From NCBI GenBank assembly GCA_046593655.1, contig JBKJNM010000089.1, forward strand, positions 3,375 to 67,374: a DNA stretch of 64,000 nt, in the 5' to 3' direction. The stretch is from Lacibacter sp. (lineage in GTDB: Bacteria > Bacteroidota > Bacteroidia > Chitinophagales > Chitinophagaceae). Below the pieces are notes generated by a model. That model made no database searches. It was not told the DNA's origin and saw only the letters and a list, made by a program, of their open reading frames with translations. Made by a program: the position numbers and the translations under genes. The stretch's first letter is position 1; the number at the start of each line of letters is the position of its first letter. Shown here one piece after another: positions 58,160 through 64,000 of this stretch.

Positions 58160-61042
58160 TTATACTTCTTCTTCTGCATAGCTGCTTACAGGTTCACAAG
58201 TACAAATTAAATTCCTGTCGCCATATGTATTGTTGATTCTTGAAACACTGGGCCAGAATTTATTTTGTGTAACATAAAATAAAGGAAACGCAGCCTGCTG
58301 TCTTGTGTAAGCATGATTCCACTCATCAGCAGTAACAACAAATTGTGTATGTGGGGCTTGCTTTAAGGGGTTGTCAGTTTTATCAGCTTTACCTTCTTCA
58401 ATATCCCTGATCTCCTGGCGAATACTCAGCATTGCATCACAAAAACGATCGAGTTCTGCTTTGTCTTCACTTTCTGTTGGTTCAATCATAATGGTACCGG
58501 CAACAGGAAAGCTCATAGTTGGTGCGTGAAAGCCATAATCAATTAAACGTTTGGCTACATCTTCTGCTTCAATACCTGCAGTGTTTTTAAACGGACGAAG
58601 ATCAACAATAAATTCGTGTGCACAGGTGCCATGCTCATCCGTATATAAAATTTCAAAATCTTTTTCCAATCTTACTTTCATATAATTGGCATTCAGGATT
58701 GCAAACTCTGTTGCTTTCTTTACACCAACTGTACCTAACAAACGGATATAGGCATAGCTAATGAGTAAGATAGAAGCAGAACCATAAGGAGCAGCGGAGA
58801 CGGCACCCTGAGGCTCTGACGACTGACGATTTACGACTGACGTGTGACCAGGTAAATGCGCCGCAAGATGCTTCTTCACACAAATAGGCCCCATGCCAGG
58901 GCCGCCGCCACCGTGTGGAATAGCAAATGTTTTATGCAGATTCAAATGACAAACATCGGCACCAATTAATCCGGGTGATGTTAAACCAACCTGTGCATTC
59001 ATGTTAGCGCCATCCATATAAACCTGTCCGCCATGCTGATGAACGATCTCACAAATTTCTTTTACAGTTTCTTCAAAAATGCCAAATGTACTTGGGTAAG
59101 TGATCATGGTTCCTGCAAGGTTGGCGCTATGTTGTTCAGCTTTTGCTTTAAAGTCGGCTACATCAATATATCCATTCTCCAATGCTTTCACTACTACTAC
59201 TTTCATTCCCGCCATTACTGCACTTGCAGGATTGGTTCCATGTGCTGAAACAGGAATGAGCATAATTTTACGATGTGCATCACTGTTCGCTAAATGATAA
59301 TTACGAATGGCAAGCAATCCTGCATACTCTCCTTGTGCACCGCTGTTGGGTTGCAGACTGCAGGCATCAAAACCGGTTATCTCAACAAGGTATGCCGACA
59401 GTTCATCAATGATCTGCTGATAACCTTCTGTTTGATTGGCAGGAGTGAAGGGATGAATCTTACTCCAATGTGCCCAGCTTAGTGGCATCATTTCAGTAGC
59501 AGCATTCAGTTTCATAGTACAACTGCCAAGTGATATCATGGATGTATTCAATGAAAGATCTTTGTTTTCCAGTTGCTTGATGTAACGCATCATCTGGCTT
59601 TCACTGTTATGAGTATTGAAGTTGGGGTGTGTTAAGAATTTACTCGTACGTGCAAGTACAACAGGAATATGTTGCAGAATAGTTTCTTCATCAATGGTGA
59701 AATGTACAGGGTCTGTATCATTTACAAAACAGTTGATAAGATCATACAAATCTTCGATGTTCGTTGTTTCATCAATGGAAATACCAATCGTTTGCTCATT
59801 GATATAACGCAGATTAATTTCCTGCCGTTCTGCTTTTGCTTTGATGGCCGTAATATCTTTTACTTTCACCGCAATCGTATCAAAGAAGAAATCACTCAAC
59901 AGTTCAAATCCTTTTTCTTTAATGGCCTCAGCAACCGTTTGTGTAAGCAATGAAACTCTGCTGGCAATAGCAGTTAAACCATGCGGACCATGATATACGG
60001 CATACATTGCCGCCATGTTAGCGAGCAGTGCTTGTGCAGTGCAAATATTTGAAGTTGCTTTTTCACGTTTAATGTGTTGCTCTCTGGTTTGCAGGGCCAT
60101 GCGAAGAGCACGGTTGTTTTGAGCATCAATACTCACACCAATAATACGTCCGGGAATGGAGCGTTTAAATTCATCTTTGGTAGTAAAGAACGCAGCATGT
60201 GGCCCGCCATAACCCAGTGGAACACCAAAACGTTGCGCCGATCCAAATGCTACATCAGCACCCAATTCTCCGGGAGGAGTGATTAAAGTTAATGCAAGCA
60301 GGTCGGTTGCCATGGCAACAAAACCACCTTCAATTTGAATTTTTTGAATAAACTTACGGTAATCTTCAACCGAACCAATATTGTTGGGGTATTGGAGTAA
60401 TGCTCCGAAATAGCTGCTGTCAATTGCTGCTGTTTTATAATCACCAAAAACAATATCAATTCCAAGTGGAGTTGCACGGGTAATGAGTACATCTTTTGTT
60501 TGAGGGAAAACTTCATCATCCACAAAAAACCTGGGGGCATTAATCAGCTCTGTTTTGTTTACATGATGAAACAACATGTTCATTGCTTCAGCAGCAGCAG
60601 TAGCTTCATCCAATAAAGAGGCATTTGCAATTGGTAATCCGGTTAAGTCCGACACCATGGTTTGGAAGTTGAGTAAACTTTCCAGGCGGCCCTGTGAAAT
60701 TTCGGCCTGGTAGGGAGTGTACTGAGTGTACCAACCCGGGTTTTCAAACACATTTCTCAGAATCACACTAGGTGTGATGGTATCATAATATCCCTGACCC
60801 AGGTAGCTTTTATATAACTTATTTGTGAACGAAACTTCTTTCAGATGTTTTAGGAGGTCGGCCTCGCTTAATGCATCAGGTAAATTGAGCAGGTGTTGCT
60901 GACGGATGGAAGCCGGAACTGTTTTGCTGATGAGTTCTTCCATATTCCTAACCCCAATTGTTTTCAAAAGCTGCTGTTCTGCGCCAATGGTGCCGATATG
61001 ACGCTTGGTAAATTCATTTTGCTGTGCTTCAAAAAGATTCAT
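58160..61042 (-). CDS. gcvP: Glycine dehydrogenase (glycine cleavage P protein)
   Basis: YTPYQAEISQGRLESLLNFQT, KATSNICTAQALLA, LGSCTMKLN, PLP-site HLNLHKTF, PTESEDKAELDRF. Confidence 0.98.
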   Translation of the reverse strand: MNLFEAQQNEFTKRHIGTIGAEQQLLKTIGVRNMEELISKTVPASIRQQHLLNLPDALSEADLLKHLKEVSFTNKLYKSYLGQGYYDTITPSVILRNVFENPGWYTQYTPYQAEISQGRLESLLNFQTMVSDLTGLPIANASLLDEATAAAEAMNMLFHHVNKTELINAPRFFVDDEVFPQTKDVLITRATPLGIDIVFGDYKTAAIDSSYFGALLQYPNNIGSVEDYRKFIQKIQIEGGFVAMATDLLALTLITPPGELGADVAFGSAQRFGVPLGYGGPHAAFFTTKDEFKRSIPGRIIGVSIDAQNNRALRMALQTREQHIKREKATSNICTAQALLANMAAMYAVYHGPHGLTAIASRVSLLTQTVAEAIKEKGFELLSDFFFDTIAVKVKDITAIKAKAERQEINLRYINEQTIGISIDETTNIEDLYDLINCFVNDTDPVHFTIDEETILQHIPVVLARTSKFLTHPNFNTHNSESQMMRYIKQLENKDLSLNTSMISLGSCTMKLNAATEMMPLSWAHWSKIHPFTPANQTEGYQQIIDELSAYLVEITGFDACSLQPNSGAQGEYAGLLAIRNYHLANSDAHRKIMLIPVSAHGTNPASAVMAGMKVVVVKALENGYIDVADFKAKAEQHSANLAGTMITYPSTFGIFEETVKEICEIVHQHGGQVYMDGANMNAQVGLTSPGLIGADVCHLNLHKTFAIPHGGGGPGMGPICVKKHLAAHLPGHTSVVNRQSSEPQGAVSAAPYGSASILLISYAYIRLLGTVGVKKATEFAILNANYMKVRLEKDFEILYTDEHGTCAHEFIVDLRPFKNTAGIEAEDVAKRLIDYGFHAPTMSFPVAGTIMIEPTESEDKAELDRFCDAMLSIRQEIRDIEEGKADKTDNPLKQAPHTQFVVTADEWNHAYTRQQAAFPLFYVTQNKFWPSVSRINNTYGDRNLICTCEPVSSYAEEEV
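58814..58841. repeat. Period-7 array inside gcvP
   Basis: ctctgac gactgac gatttac gactgac; encodes SVVNRQSSE in a variable loop. Confidence 0.65.
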
Positions 61043-61143
61043 GTGATGTTGTACGTTTATTCAGATGTTTTAATTGAAAAGAAACTGCCAGGCAGCTGTC
61101 TTTAATCTTGTTTTTTCATGCTTTCTCAAAAATTAAAGACGTG

Positions 61144-61151
61144 CAAAGTTA
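61144..61151 (-). promoter_or_regulatory. -7 element of gcvP
   Basis: TAACTTTG on the minus strand, about 100 nt before the ATG. Confidence 0.7.
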
Positions 61152-61341
61152 CGGGCAGAACCAATTCAAATAAACAGCTGTTAGCGTGTGGGGAAAGTCT
61201 GTGAAACCGGTAGCGCAAGGAAGCGAAAGCTGCCAGCTAAACGCTTGCCACGATTTTTGTAAACCTTAAACAAAATCGACCAGTATCGGGGTTTCATTTC
61301 ATTTGCTTTAAGCTTGTGCCGGATAGCTGGCAGCTTATAAT

Positions 61342-61349
61342 TACTTTTG
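61342..61349 (+). promoter_or_regulatory. -7 element of the YkgJ-like gene
   Basis: TACTTTTG then CACT then ATG (4-nt gap). Confidence 0.7.
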
Positions 61350-61353
61350 CACT

Positions 61354-61839
61354 ATGGCCGAGGAATTATTACATAATTGGGAAAAAAAATCTGCAGAACA
61401 TCAGAAGCAGTATAGCCAATTTTTAAAAAGGGCTGATAAAAATAATGTATTAAAACAGTTGCCCGATCTGCATGAGGAAGCATTTGAAAAAGTGGATTGT
61501 TTAAAATGTGCCAATTGCTGCAAAAATTATTCACCCCGGTTTAAAACTCCTGATATCAAACGGATCAGCAGGCATCTCCGCATGAAAGAGGGTTCATTCA
61601 TTGAAACTTATTTGAGGGTTGATGAGGAAGGTGATTATGTTGTGAGGTCAAAACCATGCCCTTTCCTGGGAGCTGATAATTACTGCGGAATTTATGATGT
61701 TCGCCCATCTGATTGTGAAAGGTTCCCTTATACTGATGAAGATGTTATTTTGAAACGACCTGAGCTTACAATGAAGAATTCAACTTTTTGCCCCATTACT
61801 TATTTTGTTCTGGAAAAATTAATGGAACAGAAGCCATAA
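61354..61839 (+). CDS. YkgJ family cysteine-cluster protein
   Basis: CLKCANCC, PCPFLGADNYCGIYDVRPSDCERFPY. Confidence 0.9.
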   Translation: MAEELLHNWEKKSAEHQKQYSQFLKRADKNNVLKQLPDLHEEAFEKVDCLKCANCCKNYSPRFKTPDIKRISRHLRMKEGSFIETYLRVDEEGDYVVRSKPCPFLGADNYCGIYDVRPSDCERFPYTDEDVILKRPELTMKNSTFCPITYFVLEKLMEQKP

Positions 61840-61840
61840 A

Positions 61841-61872
61841 AAAGCCCCGACATTTTATCGTCGGGGCATTTG
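61841..61872. terminator. Bidirectional terminator
   Basis: GCCCCGAC-ATTTTATC-GTCGGGGC flanked by A and T runs. Confidence 0.85.
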
Positions 61873-61888
61873 ATTAAGATAGATGAAA

Positions 61889-62602
61889 TTATCTTTCATT
61901 GGTTCCTGTAGAAGGAATATTAAACAAAGAAGCAACTTGTAAATAATTCATGCTTTTTATTTGTTGAATAGTATAACCGGCAGCAGGACCACTGATAAAA
62001 CGACCACCAGCTACAGCACCTGGAATCATTACATGGCGCCAGCGATATGTAGTATTTGCAAACCCAGAAACCGGTGAACCCACAGCACCAACATAATAGA
62101 TCAGTTTACCTGCTCTTGGTATAAAGCTGGCAATATACTGAGGTGAGCATCCTGTACATATCCATGGAAGCGGATAAGCGCCAAGTGCAGTAGGACTTGC
62201 CGGATCAGAAATCAGGTATGCTACAATTACACCATTATCAACTATTGCCTGGGTTAATGCCGGTGAAGATCTGATAGCTCTTGACACAAGACCAAGATCA
62301 GTCGTTGTTGTGTCGGCCCATGTTGGTAAGGTGTACCAAGCTGAAAAGATAACGTTAGCAGAACCAGCAGGGCCTGTTGCACCTATTGGACCAATTGCAC
62401 CTGTTGCACCAGTAGGACCTGCCGGACCAGTAGGACCTGCCGGGCCAGTAACACCTGCCGGGCCAGTAGCACCTGTTGCTCCTGACGCACCTTGTAAACC
62501 TGTAGGACCTTGCGGGCCAACAGGTCCTGTACTACCCTTACATGCATCTAAAAAGATAATAGCTGCAAGAGCAATTGCGGAATTAACAATGATTCTTCTC
62601 AT
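61889..62602 (-). CDS. Collagen-like lipoprotein
   Basis: Lipobox LDAC followed by 20 uninterrupted Gly-X-Y triplets and an about 155-aa globular C-terminus. Confidence 0.85.
   Translation of the reverse strand: MRRIIVNSAIALAAIIFLDACKGSTGPVGPQGPTGLQGASGATGATGPAGVTGPAGPTGPAGPTGATGAIGPIGATGPAGSANVIFSAWYTLPTWADTTTTDLGLVSRAIRSSPALTQAIVDNGVIVAYLISDPASPTALGAYPLPWICTGCSPQYIASFIPRAGKLIYYVGAVGSPVSGFANTTYRWRHVMIPGAVAGGRFISGPAAGYTIQQIKSMNYLQVASLFNIPSTGTNER
62357..62536 (-). repeat. Gly-X-Y coding repeat (20 triplets)
   Basis: GSTGPVGPQ...GATGPAGSA. Confidence 0.9.
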
Positions 62603-62625
62603 AATAAAATGTTTATTTTTTTTAA

Positions 62626-62674
62626 TTACGTAATAAAATTAACATTGGTTTGACAATTTACGTAATAAAATTAA
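62626..62674. promoter_or_regulatory. 17-bp direct repeat with palindromic core upstream of the collagen-like gene
   Basis: TTACGTAATAAAATTAA at 62626-62642 and 62658-62674. Confidence 0.6.
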
Positions 62675-63200
62675 AATCGGTTTCTAATATATGGAGCGAT
62701 TTTAAAAATTGTGAAATATGCCATTAAATTACTGCATTCACTATCGCAAGCTAATACACTTGCTGGGCCTCTAACTTAACGACCACTGGCGATGCCTCAA
62801 GAGACAATAAAGTATCGGAACCCAAAGCTGATTATTAAAGAAATAAAATAATTTACCTACTTGTAAAATAAAATTTAATTGAAATGTATTGCCTGGAAAG
62901 CCGGTAACTGCACAGATATAGTCCAGGGTCTAGGTTGCAGTTCTGCAATAGTAGCTGCTTTAATATAACCTAAAAACCACACCCTGATCAATCAGTTATT
63001 GGGTTATCCCGGGTGTTACTTGGCACAAAAAACATACACATCAGTTAAATATTTACTTTTTTATAATCAAAGCAATCCCGCTTTTCATGTATTTTATTTT
63101 TTGAGGGATGCAGTTGAATTAAAGTGATCGGGGTTTAAAAAAAAGTTTCACAGAAGGGAATTAATTTCTATTTTCATCAGCTAAATATAAAACTACAAGT

Positions 63201-63911
63201 ATGAAAAAAGGTTTGTTTGCTTTTATTCTCTTATTTGCAACTGCTGCTTATGGACAATTTACAAAGGGTACAAGAACAGTTGGGATTAATGTAGCTTCTG
63301 TCGGCTTTTCAAATTTGAGCTCTACTTATGAACCTACAGGTGGCGGCAGTACAGGAAGTTCGGGATTTGATAACTTCAATATCTCAATTACACCTTCAAT
63401 GGGCTGGTTCCTCAGCGAAAATATTTTAGTTGGTGGAAATCTGAGTATCAATTTCAATTCTGTTAAATATACAGAAGGAAATTACTTAACAAGCAAGTCC
63501 AACACATTTACAGCCGGTATTGGTGGTTTTGGGAGATATTATTTCGGCAAATCAGGTTTTATGCCATTTGCGCAGGCTTCACTTGGTGCTGCTTTTGGAT
63601 CAGGAACCGAAAACTTAGTTGCTACCTATTCCAATTATTCAACCAAAGGTGATGGAAAGAAAAACGGTATCTTTAATGTCAACAGCGGCATTGCGCTTGG
63701 GTTAACTAAAATGATAGGCAAAAATACAGGACTGGATATAAGTTTAGGTTATTCATTTTTGCTGAATTCTTATAAATATACGTTTGAAGAAAACAGGCAA
63801 TATACAAATACTTCCGAGCTGATCAAAACCAATTATAAGTATAGCGGCACCAACCATGGGGGTTCTGTATCTGTTGGTTTTTTAATATTCCTTGACCCCA
63901 AAAAGAAATAG
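63201..63911 (+). CDS. Outer-membrane beta-barrel protein
   Basis: Signal peptide (AYGQ); FTKGT..VG, ITPSMGWFL, GFGRYYF, GSVSVGFLIFL. Confidence 0.85.
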   Translation: MKKGLFAFILLFATAAYGQFTKGTRTVGINVASVGFSNLSSTYEPTGGGSTGSSGFDNFNISITPSMGWFLSENILVGGNLSINFNSVKYTEGNYLTSKSNTFTAGIGGFGRYYFGKSGFMPFAQASLGAAFGSGTENLVATYSNYSTKGDGKKNGIFNVNSGIALGLTKMIGKNTGLDISLGYSFLLNSYKYTFEENRQYTNTSELIKTNYKYSGTNHGGSVSVGFLIFLDPKKK

Positions 63912-63927
63912 TAAATCAATCATAAAC

Positions 63928-64000
63928 ATGAAAATTCTTTTTAAAACCTGCTTTGCGTTTTTTTTAGTAGTCTTTATCAGCTCCTGTAACAAAGGATTTT
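63928..64000 (+). CDS. Lipoprotein, N-terminus only (runs off window)
   Basis: MKILFKTCFAFFLVVFISSCNKGF; lipobox ISSC. Confidence 0.7.
   Translation, partial: MKILFKTCFAFFLVVFISSCNKGF

Noticed and set aside
61190-61215. GGGGAAAGTC resembling RNase P RNA P4 or a cobalamin riboswitch core
   Set aside because: The downstream conserved elements are missing and the space is too short for rnpB.
61043-61340. Glycine riboswitch upstream of gcvP
   Set aside because: No GGAGA/CCGAAG/CUCAGG aptamer elements on the minus strand.
62700-63200. Hidden gene or pseudogene in the 600-bp intergenic region
   Set aside because: In the part I translated I found only a 38-codon minus-strand frame, with no recognisable motif or good start context.

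Overview
AT-rich chromosomal segment of a Bacteroidota bacterium, most likely Chitinophagaceae. This rests on TAnnTTTG promoters, T9SS C-terminal domains and gene content. It holds the end of rpoB, rpoC, tRNA-Asp and about 55 mostly housekeeping, envelope and metabolic genes: skp, rfaE1, iaaA, ispD, two M1 aminopeptidases, a priming sugar transferase, a GnnA-like oxidoreductase, lysC, proline dehydrogenase, thyA-folA, rsmF, rnhA, fmt, parA, mntR-mntH, glgP, ABC-F, msrC, two T9SS cargo proteins, gcvP and a collagen-like lipoprotein. I saw no transposase, integrase, prophage, rRNA or CRISPR array. Four signals stand out. (1) An orphan secreted 183-aa protein (49047-49598) carries the ordered motifs of the colicin M-type lipid II phosphodiesterase domain, with no translocation or receptor domain and no recognisable immunity gene. 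(2) A dispersed family of degenerate period-7 DNA arrays, often paired in inverted orientation, sits between genes and in frame inside fmt, rsmF, gcvP and ABC-F; two copies 5.7 kb apart match at 26/27 nt. (3) Several genes have the -7 promoter box only 4-5 nt before the start codon, which suggests leaderless mRNAs. (4) Several candidate operators or structured leaders occur: an MntR box on a -7 element, sigma-54-like promoters, twin palindromes in the gcvP divergent region, and repeats upstream of the collagen-like gene. All family calls come from motif recognition, not database searches.
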